Assembly: GCA_963663385.2 (NCBI GenBank)
Contig: CAXXXD010000002.1
Location: 544,001 to 608,000 of the forward strand
DNA from: Oceanispirochaeta sp.
Lineage (GTDB): Bacteria; Spirochaetota; Spirochaetia; DSM-2461
DNA length: 64,000 nucleotides
Reading direction: 5' to 3'
A program made the translations under genes and the position numbers. A model generated the notes under the pieces. It made no database searches. It saw nothing but the letters and a program-made list of their open reading frames with translations, and had not been told where the DNA came from. Below, piece by piece: positions 30,626 through 40,700 of this stretch. Each line of letters begins with the position of its first letter. Position 1 is the stretch's first letter.

Positions 30626-31978
30626 TCAGTTGTTGATGTCGTTCAGATAGTCCTGATACCAGGTATGTATATCAGCCATAATAGCATCCATGGATTCTCC
30701 GGCAATCCTGCGGGAAGGAATATCTCTCAGCCAGGGCTTCAGTGTATCCTGATGGATATCCAGCGCTTCCGGTACTATATCCGTATTCATGGAGGAAACA
30801 AGATTTGTCCACAGCGCATCTCCCAGATCCATGATGTAGCGTGAGTCCTTATTAACTGATACAATGGGACTGGGGCGGCCCTGGGCAATACAGAATTCTC
30901 CATTACCGGCGGGGTCAATGGTTATATATTTCAGGAATTCCCAGGCTGCCTCTTTATTTTTGCTTGTATTGCTGATGGCGTAGGACCAGCCGTTTTTGGC
31001 CGTTCCGCCGTGCTGTCTTTCAAAACCGGGTACGGGCAGAATCCCGAGATCAAGATCCGGATTGCCGCTTTTTACCTGACCGATTGTCCAGGATCCGGAT
31101 ACATAAAAAACCTGGTTGCCGTTGATAAAAGCCTGAACCTGGGCGGCCCCTGTGTCCGCTCCGGCCACACGGCTGTTCCACTCCATAATTCCCCGGTAGC
31201 CCCCGTAGCTTCCATAGATATCTTCAATATAGCTGTCAAAGGCTTTGGCCGTTTGAACTACACCATCCGAGTCCATCAGGGAAGTTTTGCTGTCTGCAGA
31301 AACCGTAGGATAACCTGCCCCGTAGCTGAATACAATGACAGCAGGCTGCCCGGCCATCTGGTTGGGATCCCAGGCAATTACATCCAGCTGATTGCCGTCA
31401 TTGAGTTTCTCCACCAGAATCCGGCTGATCTCTGTAAACTCCTCCCAGTTTTTCGGGGCATCCTTCTGGGGATCAAGACCTGCCTTCTTCAGGAGGCCCT
31501 TATTGTAGAAAAACAGGCCCTGTGCTCCCGCATTTACATTGGGCAGGCTGTATAGTGAATTGTTCCAGTAGCTGCGTTTCATTTCCGCTTCAACCAGAAG
31601 CTCATTCAGGTCCAGTCCGTCTTTTTCTGCAAGAGGTGTCAGATCCGTAAGGGTTTCCTCGGGCATAAGGCTGGTGTACCAGCCGCTGTGAATCTGCACT
31701 ATATCGGGCAGTGTTCCCGTTCCCGCTGCCTGTATTACTTTTTTCATAAGTTCATTGGGGGGAGTGAAAGTCACTTCAAAATTCACATTCGGATGGACTG
31801 CCTTATAGTCTTCCTGAATTGCATCAATCAGTTCGGTTCTGGAACCGCCCCACAGATGCCACCAGCTGAGAGTTACCGGTCCGGCCGGATCGGCTTCGCT
31901 CTGGCCTGCTGCCATCAGAGGCAGAGCGATCATGGAAACAAGAAATAATGCCAAAAGCGTAATGGATATCTTTTTCAC
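30626..31978 (-). CDS. Carbohydrate ABC transporter substrate-binding protein
   Basis: Signal peptide ...LMAAGQSE; PDIVQ, YSLP, FYNK, P..WEE, AWEFLKY. Confidence 0.9.
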   Translation of the reverse strand: MKKISITLLALFLVSMIALPLMAAGQSEADPAGPVTLSWWHLWGGSRTELIDAIQEDYKAVHPNVNFEVTFTPPNELMKKVIQAAGTGTLPDIVQIHSGWYTSLMPEETLTDLTPLAEKDGLDLNELLVEAEMKRSYWNNSLYSLPNVNAGAQGLFFYNKGLLKKAGLDPQKDAPKNWEEFTEISRILVEKLNDGNQLDVIAWDPNQMAGQPAVIVFSYGAGYPTVSADSKTSLMDSDGVVQTAKAFDSYIEDIYGSYGGYRGIMEWNSRVAGADTGAAQVQAFINGNQVFYVSGSWTIGQVKSGNPDLDLGILPVPGFERQHGGTAKNGWSYAISNTSKNKEAAWEFLKYITIDPAGNGEFCIAQGRPSPIVSVNKDSRYIMDLGDALWTNLVSSMNTDIVPEALDIHQDTLKPWLRDIPSRRIAGESMDAIMADIHTWYQDYLNDINN

Positions 31979-32020
31979 AGATATTCCTCCTTTATATTTT
32001 ACAGAGTCAGACTCTGTTAT

Positions 32021-33052
32021 TCACGAATTGGGAATTACGGATTCCCGCAGAACAAGACTGCTGTCCAGCAGTATCAGTTGACCGGTTCTGCCTGTCTCTA
32101 TGGTATTCAGCAGCACTTCCGCCGCTTTTTTGCCCTCCTGGAACACCTGCCTTTTTACAGTTGTGAGGGGCGGGTCCATAAAGGGGGAGAAAAAAGAATC
32201 GTTCCGGCCTATAACAGACAGATCCTTCGGGATAATGATATTCAGTTCCTTTGCTGCTTCGTATATCCCTAAGGCCATTGTGTCCGACAGGGCATAGAGG
32301 GCTGTGCTCTTCAGTTCAGAAGATGATACATATTGCAGAAAGGCGCTCTTCGCGACATCTTTTTCATAGTCGCCCCAGAGAATTTTACCGGAATCGAAGT
32401 TCAGACCAAATTCCTTATAAGTCTCTTTTAACAGGTCTATATTATTGATGGTTTCCATATCTTCTTCTCTGCCGGCCATAAGGAGAATATCCCTGTGTCC
32501 CAGTTCCAGCAGGTAGCGGACGGCATTGGCCGGTGCGGGGTCCCTGAAAACAATCTGGTTTATGGATCTGCCCATCTGAGGCATATTGACCTGGACGAAA
32601 GGGATGTGGGAGCGTTCCAGTTCGGACGCATTATCTTCCATATCCTGCATACTGCAGTATCTAGTTCCGAAGAGGATAACCCCGTCATGTCCCTGGGCCT
32701 GATCCAGCTGATTCTTTACCATACTGGGAGAATCCTCTCCCGTAGTGGGGAGGAATACCATGCTGTATTTTCTGGGAAACAGAACAGACTGGATCCCGGA
32801 GAGCAGTTCATTGATGAAGGTACTTTGATAGAGGGAACCGTTAAAAGGGATCATAATGCCTATGGAATGGCTCTTCCGGCTGGAAAGGCTTCTGGCAATG
32901 CTGTTGGGCCGGTAATTTAACTCATCCACAACCCTGTCAATCTTTTCTTTGGTTTTCTGTCCTACACGGCTGGTATTTTTATCTTTTAAATAGATGGAAA
33001 CGGTTGCTTTTGATACTCCGACCTTATCTGCAATATCCTTGATGCTGGGCAT
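32021..33052 (-). CDS. LacI-family transcriptional regulator
   Basis: SIKDIADKVGVSKATVS, LNYRPNSIARSL, IPKDLSVIG, PPLTTV. Confidence 0.95.
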   Translation of the reverse strand: MPSIKDIADKVGVSKATVSIYLKDKNTSRVGQKTKEKIDRVVDELNYRPNSIARSLSSRKSHSIGIMIPFNGSLYQSTFINELLSGIQSVLFPRKYSMVFLPTTGEDSPSMVKNQLDQAQGHDGVILFGTRYCSMQDMEDNASELERSHIPFVQVNMPQMGRSINQIVFRDPAPANAVRYLLELGHRDILLMAGREEDMETINNIDLLKETYKEFGLNFDSGKILWGDYEKDVAKSAFLQYVSSSELKSTALYALSDTMALGIYEAAKELNIIIPKDLSVIGRNDSFFSPFMDPPLTTVKRQVFQEGKKAAEVLLNTIETGRTGQLILLDSSLVLRESVIPNS

Positions 33053-33079
33053 GGAAAACTCCTGTTAGGTTAACAATAA

Positions 33080-33093
33080 GTTAACCGGTTTAC
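33080..33093. promoter_or_regulatory. Putative LacI-type operator
   Basis: Near-palindrome GTTAACCGGTTTAC with a central CG, 28 bp upstream of the lacI start. Confidence 0.65.
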
Positions 33094-33379
33094 TAGTTTG
33101 ATGATAAATGACAGAGCGCAATCTGTCAAGGAGTAATCGGGTAAACAATTCTACTGATTCTGAATAGGATGGTCGCTGCTATTTTAGCTGTCATGGCCAT
33201 GGGTTATTCAGCTCAAGCCGTATTTGCCTCCAATGCTAATTAACTATTCATACATTGAAAATCCTGCTTGGTTCACTCAAAAATCAGCAAATAAATAAAT
33301 TGACAGCTTAAAAGGATAGTGTTAGTATATCACTAATCATATTAGAGGACATATATGAAATAATATCAAAAGGCATTAT

Positions 33380-33526
33380 ATGAAAAAACGTGAGCGTGTC
33401 ATTGCAGCAATTAGAGGAGAGGACGATTGTTTTACAGTTGGTACCTTACAGGGAATTGTGGCTTCTGTTATCCATCCTCTGAAAGGGAAGAATCGAATAA
33501 CAACTCACTGTTTACATTTGTGCTGA
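33380..33526 (+). pseudogene. Collapsed remnant of a UroD-like gene
   Basis: 48-aa ORF MKKRERVIAAIRGE-DDCFTVGTLQGIVASVIHPL-...CLHLC resembles separate segments of the 41483 protein. Confidence 0.55.
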
Positions 33527-33562
33527 TTTTCTCAATATAAAAACTATTCTTGGAGGCTTTAA

Positions 33563-34519
33563 ATGGGAAGATATTTACAGAAACGGCTTTTGGTCGTTGT
33601 AATTACCTTCTTCGGTATAACCGTTCTCGTCTATTTTCTGTCGACTCTTGCACCCGGATCTCCTTTGGAAATGCTGTTTTTCGATCCGAATGCCACAGCT
33701 GAATCAATGCAGATGGTTGAAGAACGGCTTGGGCTCGATCAGCCGTTTTACATACAGTACTTCCATTGGGTACGCGAACTTTTCAAAGGGAATCTGGGGG
33801 TATCCTATAGAACAGGACAACCGGTTATTGAAGATATTATGGAAAGAATCGGACCATCCCTGTTATTGACGGTTTCATCTCTGATTTTCTCCCTTTGCAT
33901 TGCAATTCCCCTGGGTGTACTTTCGGCATTCAAACCTTATTCTCTTTGGGATTATATTTCGTCAGGAATTTCTTTTGCCGGTGCAGCTATTCCCAATTTC
34001 TTTGCCGGATTAATCCTGATCTATCTTCTCTCAATCAAGCTGCAGCTATTTCCAAGCGGGGGAATGTATGACAGTTCCGGTATCCAATCTGCGGGAATTC
34101 TTCTAAGGCATATGTTTCTCCCCATGCTGGTTCTTTCCGTGCAGCAGGTAGGGAGTCTGATTCGTCAGACCAGGGGCAGTATGCTGGAAGTTCTGAATGA
34201 AGGGTACATCAGAACAGCTCGCGCAAAAGGATGTCTGGAGGGACGCGTTCTCTTTAAACATGCATTGAGGAATGGATTTTCACCGGTTTTGACAAGAATC
34301 GGCATGATGATTCCCTTTCTGGCTGGTGGAGCTGTTGTTACGGAACAGATCTTTTCCTGGCCGGGATTGGGCAGCCTGATGGTGCTTTCCATAAACTCGC
34401 GGGATTATCCGGTAATTATGGGAATTACAGTTTTTATTGCTATGGCGGTATTGATCGGAAACTTGCTGATAGATCTTATTTACGGTGTTTTAGACCCCAG
34501 GGTCAGTCATACAGGATGA
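33563..34519 (+). CDS. Peptide ABC permease (DppB/OppB-like)
   Basis: LGLDQPFYIQY, YIRTARAKG, EQIFSWPGLG, RDYPVIMG. Confidence 0.93.
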   Translation: MGRYLQKRLLVVVITFFGITVLVYFLSTLAPGSPLEMLFFDPNATAESMQMVEERLGLDQPFYIQYFHWVRELFKGNLGVSYRTGQPVIEDIMERIGPSLLLTVSSLIFSLCIAIPLGVLSAFKPYSLWDYISSGISFAGAAIPNFFAGLILIYLLSIKLQLFPSGGMYDSSGIQSAGILLRHMFLPMLVLSVQQVGSLIRQTRGSMLEVLNEGYIRTARAKGCLEGRVLFKHALRNGFSPVLTRIGMMIPFLAGGAVVTEQIFSWPGLGSLMVLSINSRDYPVIMGITVFIAMAVLIGNLLIDLIYGVLDPRVSHTG

Positions 34520-35394
34520 TAAGCAAAATGAAAAACAATATTGATAGAAGTTCATACATGCAAGATGTCATGAAAAGGCTTTTTTCCCATAAACTGGCCA
34601 TCTTTGGATTAACAGTTGTGATTCTTGAGGTTTCAGCGGTAATTATTCTGCCGGGATTAATGAATTTAGATCCCTTTGCTATTGATTACGACGCCTTTGG
34701 TTCTGCTCCATCGGACAAATATATTCTGGGTTGCGATGATGTGGGCAGGGATCTATTTGCCCGATTGGTATACGGGGGCAGAGTATCGCTTTCCGTCGGT
34801 CTGTTATCCGCCTTTATCAGTCTGATAGTAGGAGTTCCTCTCGGGCTGCTGGCCGGATATTACAAAGGTCCGGTTGAAGTTGTGATCATGCGACTGGCTG
34901 ATATATTCATGTCCTTTCCGGCTATGATTCTTATTCTTGTTTTGGCATCAGTATTGGGGCAGTCGGTAATAACTATAATTTTTGTGATTGGAATCATCGG
35001 CTGGCCGGAGTTCGCGCGGCTGATTCACGGAACTGTATTGTCGGTGCGGGAAAAGGATTACGTGGAGTCTGCCGTTGCAATCGGTACGCTGGATATACAG
35101 ATTATATTCCGTTATATCCTGCCGAACTCCTTTTCTCCGGTCATTATCGCTTTTACCTTTCGGACGGCTCAGGCGATTATTACCGAATCTTCCATTAGTT
35201 TTCTCGGGTTGGGAATTCAACCGCCGGAAGCTTCATGGGGCAATATCCTGTATTACGCCCAGTCTATCAGTGTCCTTGCGTATAAACCCTGGGCCTGGCT
35301 TCCCGCGGGAGTCATTCTTGTCCTGACTGTATTAAGCATCAACTTCCTGGGGGACGGCATACGGGATGCCTTGGACGTGAAGATGGGAAAGTAA
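34516..35394 (+). CDS. Peptide ABC permease (DppC/OppC-like)
   Basis: LGCDDVGRDLFARLVYGGRVSL, SFLGLGIQPPEASWG. Confidence 0.93.
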   Translation: MISKMKNNIDRSSYMQDVMKRLFSHKLAIFGLTVVILEVSAVIILPGLMNLDPFAIDYDAFGSAPSDKYILGCDDVGRDLFARLVYGGRVSLSVGLLSAFISLIVGVPLGLLAGYYKGPVEVVIMRLADIFMSFPAMILILVLASVLGQSVITIIFVIGIIGWPEFARLIHGTVLSVREKDYVESAVAIGTLDIQIIFRYILPNSFSPVIIAFTFRTAQAIITESSISFLGLGIQPPEASWGNILYYAQSISVLAYKPWAWLPAGVILVLTVLSINFLGDGIRDALDVKMGK

Positions 35395-35477
35395 TAATGT
35401 CGGGAAGTTATTCAAGCATAAAAGCGAATCTGCGGATTTGCATAAAAATATTACAAGTACTGAGGAGGAAAGTACGG

Positions 35478-37070
35478 ATGAGAAAATCATTATTAAGTGG
35501 ATTGCTGGTTCTCGCAATTTCTCTGGGATCTGTGTTTGCAGCAGGGCAGCAGGAACGGTCAGGGAAGGGTGAAAGCTCCGGGAAAGTGATAACAACCGCC
35601 ATGGTATCGGCTTGGGATTCTCTAATTCCATTTGATACAACCAGTTCCTATTCTGATTTTGTGGCTGATATCATTTTTGACAAAATGGTTTATCTGAAGG
35701 CAGATGGTACATACATACCCAGGCTGGCGGAAAGTTGGGAAATGAGCGACGATAATATGGTCCTCACATTCCATATTGATAAAAATGCTAAATGGCATGA
35801 TGGTGAACCGGTTACCGCTCAGGATGTCGTTTTTACATCCCTTTTATACAGTGCGCCGTCTCTTGCTACAGCAAGAACAAATCAGTTTAATGAATTTGCC
35901 GGTTTTGGAGAAGGGGATGATACTCTTCAGGTCAAAGCCATTGACGATTATACCGTTCAGTACACATTGAAAAAGCCGACCAATATCGATTTTCTGCTAT
36001 TTACTAAATTCCGGGATGTCTACATCCTTCCATACCATCTTCTCGGGCAGTTGCCTTACAGTGAAGTTCGTACAAGTGACTACTGGAAGAGTCCGATAGG
36101 ATCTGGACCTGGAAAGTATGAGAATCAGATAAGCGGAGAACGGATACAGTTCAGCGCCAATAAAGACTACCATCTGAAAACACCCCAATGGGATCGTCTC
36201 GAGCTGCGCGTGGTAACTTCTCAAAACCTTCTTTCCGGTTTAATAAACGGAGAGATCGATGTCCTGGGAGGAGGTAATATCGCCTCGCTTCAGCTATCCG
36301 ACTGGAAAATGGCAAAGGATAATAATGAAATTATCTGTCTTTCCACACCTTCCGTCTCATACCAGTATATGGCCATTAACAACGCACGGGATTATATGAC
36401 CAGACCTGTTCGGCAGGCTATTAACTATGCTATCAACAGGGAGGTTATTGTGAATAAACTCCTCTTTGGCGAGGGAGAGCTTGCTTTTAGTAATATCCGG
36501 AGTGATAACGTTTATTTCGATCAGGATATTATTGTTTCTTATGATCCGGAAAAGGCAAGAAAGCTTCTGAAAGAGGAAGGCTGGGACACTAACCGGGAAC
36601 TGATCATGTCCGTTCCTACAGGTAATACTATCAGGGAGCAATCGGCTGTTATAATTCAGCAGAATCTACAGGAAATCGGAATAAAAACCAAGATCCTCTC
36701 TTCGGATTTTCCCACCCATCTCACTCGGGTGAGAAACGGAGAATATGATTTCGGATTTATCGGATCCGGCGGATCTCCCGATCCTTCGGAATCGGTTATC
36801 AATTTTAATCCTGATCATCTGAATAACTTTGCCCAACTGACGGATTGGACTATTTTCGATACAGGAGCCGAAGGACAGGCCGCTTTCAGTTTTGATGAAC
36901 GGAAAGCCTTGTATGACAAATTCCAGATCCTTCTGAAAGAAGAAGTCCCATGGGCATTCCTGTATTTTCCCAATACTCTTTTTGCTCACAGAATTAATGT
37001 CGGCGGTGTTACCGATGTTCAGGATTACAGTCAGAACAACCGGGATACCTGGAACTGGACGATCGAATAA
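35478..37070 (+). CDS. Peptide ABC substrate-binding protein (family 5)
   Basis: GAGGAGG RBS; signal ...VFAAGQQE; PRLAESW, KWHDGEPVTAQDV, PIGSGP, VRQAINYAINRE. Confidence 0.92.
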   Translation: MRKSLLSGLLVLAISLGSVFAAGQQERSGKGESSGKVITTAMVSAWDSLIPFDTTSSYSDFVADIIFDKMVYLKADGTYIPRLAESWEMSDDNMVLTFHIDKNAKWHDGEPVTAQDVVFTSLLYSAPSLATARTNQFNEFAGFGEGDDTLQVKAIDDYTVQYTLKKPTNIDFLLFTKFRDVYILPYHLLGQLPYSEVRTSDYWKSPIGSGPGKYENQISGERIQFSANKDYHLKTPQWDRLELRVVTSQNLLSGLINGEIDVLGGGNIASLQLSDWKMAKDNNEIICLSTPSVSYQYMAINNARDYMTRPVRQAINYAINREVIVNKLLFGEGELAFSNIRSDNVYFDQDIIVSYDPEKARKLLKEEGWDTNRELIMSVPTGNTIREQSAVIIQQNLQEIGIKTKILSSDFPTHLTRVRNGEYDFGFIGSGGSPDPSESVINFNPDHLNNFAQLTDWTIFDTGAEGQAAFSFDERKALYDKFQILLKEEVPWAFLYFPNTLFAHRINVGGVTDVQDYSQNNRDTWNWTIE

Positions 37071-37098
37071 ACCCGGACAATCTTGATTTCACAATAAA

Positions 37099-37129
37099 AC
37101 GGTAGAGGAGAGGATTCCTCCTCTACCGT
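37099..37129 (+). terminator. Strong hairpin after the SBP gene (terminator or mRNA stabiliser)
   Basis: ACGGTAGAGGAG...CTCCTCTACCGT perfect 12-bp stem. Confidence 0.6.
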
Positions 37130-37153
37130 ATAGGATTTGATTTAGGAGAAAAC

Positions 37154-38146
37154 ATGGAACAGCCCTTACTTGAAGTTAAAAATCTGACAACAAGTTTTAA
37201 AATAAAGAAAAAATGGGTAAACGCTGTTGAAAATGTGAACTTTTCTGTAAAACAGGGTGAAATTTTCGGTATTGTAGGAGAATCCGGTTGCGGGAAGAGC
37301 GTAACCGCTCTCTCTATTCTCAAACTGATTTCGTCTCCGACCTTCAGAATGGATGGCGGTACAATCCTGTTTAAGGGAATTCCTGTTTCCTGTTTGACAT
37401 CACGGGAATTGAGTAGATTCCGCGGGAAAAAAATATCCATGGTTTTTCAGGATCCGATGACATCTCTGAATCCGTCAATGACGATCGGGAATCAGTTGAT
37501 TGAAGTTATCAGGGTTCATGATAAAATTGATAAACGTACAGCTTTGGAGATGGCTGTTCAAATTCTGGCAAAGTTGGGACTCCCGTCTCCAGAGAAAAGA
37601 ATAAGAGAGTTTCCGCATCAGTTAAGCGGAGGAATGCGTCAGCGGATTGTAATAGCCATGGCATTCATTCAGAATCCTCCTCTTATTATTGCAGATGAGC
37701 CGACAACAGCATTGGATGTGACAACTCAGGCTCAGATTCTTGATCTGCTGAAAGAGCACAGAAATACAACAAATTCTTCGATTATCCTTATTACCCATGA
37801 TATGGGTGTTGTTGCCGAGATGACAGACCGGATTATGGTTATGTATGCGGGAACTGTTATGGAAGAGGGAAGCACCAGGGATATTTTCAAAGATCCCTGT
37901 CACCCTTATACGGTAGGTCTTCTGGGATCTATTCCCAGAAAGGATAGGGATATCGATAAGTTATATACAATTGGGGGATCCGTTCCTACTCTTCAGGCTA
38001 TGCCGAAGGGGTGCCGTTTTTGTACTCGCTGCCAATACGCTGATGACAGGTGCCGTCAGGAAAAACCTCCGCTTCTGAAAATAGGCGACAGGACGGTCAG
38101 CTGTTTCAGATATTATAAGGGTAAGGAAGATAATGGACACAAATAG
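37154..38146 (+). CDS. Peptide ABC ATP-binding protein (DppD-like)
   Basis: GESGCGKS, LSGGMRQR, ADEPTTALD. Confidence 0.95.
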   Translation: MEQPLLEVKNLTTSFKIKKKWVNAVENVNFSVKQGEIFGIVGESGCGKSVTALSILKLISSPTFRMDGGTILFKGIPVSCLTSRELSRFRGKKISMVFQDPMTSLNPSMTIGNQLIEVIRVHDKIDKRTALEMAVQILAKLGLPSPEKRIREFPHQLSGGMRQRIVIAMAFIQNPPLIIADEPTTALDVTTQAQILDLLKEHRNTTNSSIILITHDMGVVAEMTDRIMVMYAGTVMEEGSTRDIFKDPCHPYTVGLLGSIPRKDRDIDKLYTIGGSVPTLQAMPKGCRFCTRCQYADDRCRQEKPPLLKIGDRTVSCFRYYKGKEDNGHK

Positions 38147-39161
38147 CAGGCAAACGGATTATGTCAGGGTTGAGAGTATAAAGAAATTCTTTCATACATC
38201 AAAAGGGTCCCTGTTTTCCCGGAAAGAACGAAAAGCGGTAAAGGCGGTCAATGATGTCTCCTTTACAATTAAAAAGGGAGAGATCTTCAGTATCGTAGGC
38301 GAAAGCGGATGTGGTAAAACCACCCTCGGAAGGGTCCTTCTTCGATTGCTGGAACCTACAGCAGGGAGTATCCGTTTTGACGGGATCAATCTTCTGGATT
38401 TGAAGAAGGAAGAGATGCGACTGATGAGGAACCGGGTACAAATCATCTTTCAGGATCCCTATTCCTCCTTGAATCCGCGGATGACAGTTAAGGAATTGAT
38501 AAAAGCTCCTCTGGATGTGTTTCAGCGGAACCTTTCTGAAAAAGAGAAGCTCGAGAAAGTTTTTTCCATTATGGAAAAGGTCGGTCTGAATCCGGAGTTT
38601 ATAGAAAAATATCCTCATGAGTTTTCCGGCGGTCAGATGCAGAGAATTGTTATTGCACGTGCTTTGATCGTTAATCCTGAGTTTATTATTTGTGATGAGC
38701 CAGTCTCCGCTCTGGATGTTTCCGTCCGTGCTCAGGTATTGAATCTGTTAAAAGATCTTCAACAGGAAATGGGACTGACCCTTGTTTTTATATCTCATGA
38801 TTTGAGTGTCGTTCGGTTTTTATGTGATCGCGTCGCAGTTATGTATTTGGGAAATATTGTTGAACTTGGCGATAAAGAAGATATTTTTAACAACCAGTTG
38901 CACCCGTATACGGAATCTCTGTTCTCGGCCATCCCTGTCCCTGATCCTGATGTCAGAGTAGAGCGTATTCCTCTGGAAGGTGATGTGCCCAGCCCGTATG
39001 ATCCACCGCAGGGCTGCAGCTTTCATACCCGGTGCAAATATGCTGAAGAGTGTTGTAAAACGATAAAACCTGAGCTGAGGGATATTGGTAATGGCCATCT
39101 CGTGGCCTGCCATCTACGCTTGCCGGAACAAATTTTAAATAAAGAGAATGGAAATGACTGA
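38133..39161 (+). CDS. Peptide ABC ATP-binding protein (DppF-like)
   Basis: GESGCGKT, FSGGQMQR, CDEPVSALD. Confidence 0.95.
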   Translation: MDTNSRQTDYVRVESIKKFFHTSKGSLFSRKERKAVKAVNDVSFTIKKGEIFSIVGESGCGKTTLGRVLLRLLEPTAGSIRFDGINLLDLKKEEMRLMRNRVQIIFQDPYSSLNPRMTVKELIKAPLDVFQRNLSEKEKLEKVFSIMEKVGLNPEFIEKYPHEFSGGQMQRIVIARALIVNPEFIICDEPVSALDVSVRAQVLNLLKDLQQEMGLTLVFISHDLSVVRFLCDRVAVMYLGNIVELGDKEDIFNNQLHPYTESLFSAIPVPDPDVRVERIPLEGDVPSPYDPPQGCSFHTRCKYAEECCKTIKPELRDIGNGHLVACHLRLPEQILNKENGND

Positions 39162-40572
39162 TTATAAAGATGTTACTGACTGGATCGAAAATAACAGGGA
39201 AGCCATGATCCGGGATATTGTGTCACTGGTAAATATTAAAAGTGTGAGCAGCAAAACCGGAAATCGGGACGAACCCTTCGGAAGTGGATGTAAAGCGGTT
39301 CTACTGAAAGCAATGGACCTGTGTGCGGAGATGGGGTTCCCTGCAACAAACCATGAAAACTACTGTGCTTCCTTTTTATGGGAAGGTTCCGGGAAGAAGG
39401 AAATCGGGATATTCGGTCATTTGGACGTTGTCCCGGAAGGACCCGGCTGGACTACCAATCCATATTCTGCGGAAGTCCGGGATGGAATAATAATCGGCAG
39501 GGGGGCTTCCGATAACAAAGGGGCCGTTGTTTCCATTCTCTATGCACTGAAATATATGAAGGATTCGGGATATAGTCCGAAGCACTCTATCCGGATGTTT
39601 CTGGGCTGCAATGAAGAGTGCGGGATGGAGGATATTGAGTATTTTGTTTCAAACCAGGGGATGCCTGCGTTCTCCTTTACACCCGATGTTAACTTTCCCG
39701 TCTGTCATGGTGAAAAGGGCGCGTTAAACATCACAGCCCGTTTTTCTCTGGGAGAGAGTGTTCTGCTGGATTTCTCTGCCGGAGTAGCAAAGAATGCTGT
39801 TCCCGGAGAGGCCAATGCAATATTGCGCATGCATAGGGATGAGGCCGGCAGATATTTGCCGGAAGAGCTGCTGGAACCGTTTGGGGAATATGTAAAAATC
39901 ACTGTAGAGGGAATTGCCGCCCATTCAGCTTTTCCGGAAGGCTCTCTGAGTGCGGAAGTAAAGTTGGCCGAACTTCTTCTGAATTCCGGAGTACTGGATA
40001 ATCCGGCCCGCAGTCTGATGAAAGGGGTGACAAGTCTTTTTTCCGATTATTACGGTAAAGGAATCGGTGTAGAGTGGGAGGATGCCCTTTCGGGGAAACT
40101 GACTCATGTCGGGTGCATGGTCAGGACAGAGGCCGGTACATGTTTTCAGCATATTAATATCCGGTATAATATTGAAGCAGATCGGAAACTTATGCTGCAG
40201 CGAATCAATACTGTCTTAAAGTCCGTAGGTTTTTCCATAGATGAAATAGAGGATAGTCCTCCCAGTTATTTTCCAGGTGATCATGAGATCGTTCAGCAAT
40301 TGACGGAAATTGTAAACCGCAACTTTGGTACGGACCTGACTCCCTACGTTATGGGGGGCGGAACATATGCCCGTAAGCTGAAAAATGCTATTGGTTTTGG
40401 TCCGGGAAATCCTGTTGTAAAGAAAAGATTTGGTCCGGATAGGGGAGGAGCCCATCAACCGGACGAATACGTAGAGATAGAAAGTTTAATAAAGTCAATT
40501 GATATTTATGCGCAAGCAATACCTTTTCTTGATCATAGTATAGCTGGTGAAGATTTCCCCGAGTTGCAGTAA
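39148..40572 (+). CDS. M20 family metallo-dipeptidase (PepV/Sapep-like)
   Basis: GHLDVVP, GRGASDNKG, NEECG, GGGTYAR, AHQPDE. Confidence 0.9.
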   Translation: MEMTDYKDVTDWIENNREAMIRDIVSLVNIKSVSSKTGNRDEPFGSGCKAVLLKAMDLCAEMGFPATNHENYCASFLWEGSGKKEIGIFGHLDVVPEGPGWTTNPYSAEVRDGIIIGRGASDNKGAVVSILYALKYMKDSGYSPKHSIRMFLGCNEECGMEDIEYFVSNQGMPAFSFTPDVNFPVCHGEKGALNITARFSLGESVLLDFSAGVAKNAVPGEANAILRMHRDEAGRYLPEELLEPFGEYVKITVEGIAAHSAFPEGSLSAEVKLAELLLNSGVLDNPARSLMKGVTSLFSDYYGKGIGVEWEDALSGKLTHVGCMVRTEAGTCFQHINIRYNIEADRKLMLQRINTVLKSVGFSIDEIEDSPPSYFPGDHEIVQQLTEIVNRNFGTDLTPYVMGGGTYARKLKNAIGFGPGNPVVKKRFGPDRGGAHQPDEYVEIESLIKSIDIYAQAIPFLDHSIAGEDFPELQ

Positions 40573-40700
40573 ACCAGCAATTTAACATCTCAGTATGTAT
40601 AATCTTCTCAATCTTTCAGGAGGGATACTAAACCCCAAGAACTGTCACGACAATTGAATTATACTTCCATAGCTTGAGAGTGTTAAAAATGACCAGTTTT

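Noticed and set aside
33169..33243. 24-aa hydrophobic ORF MVAAILAVMAMGYSAQAVFASNAN
   Set aside because: Might be gene debris or a signal-peptide relic, but it is too short to support
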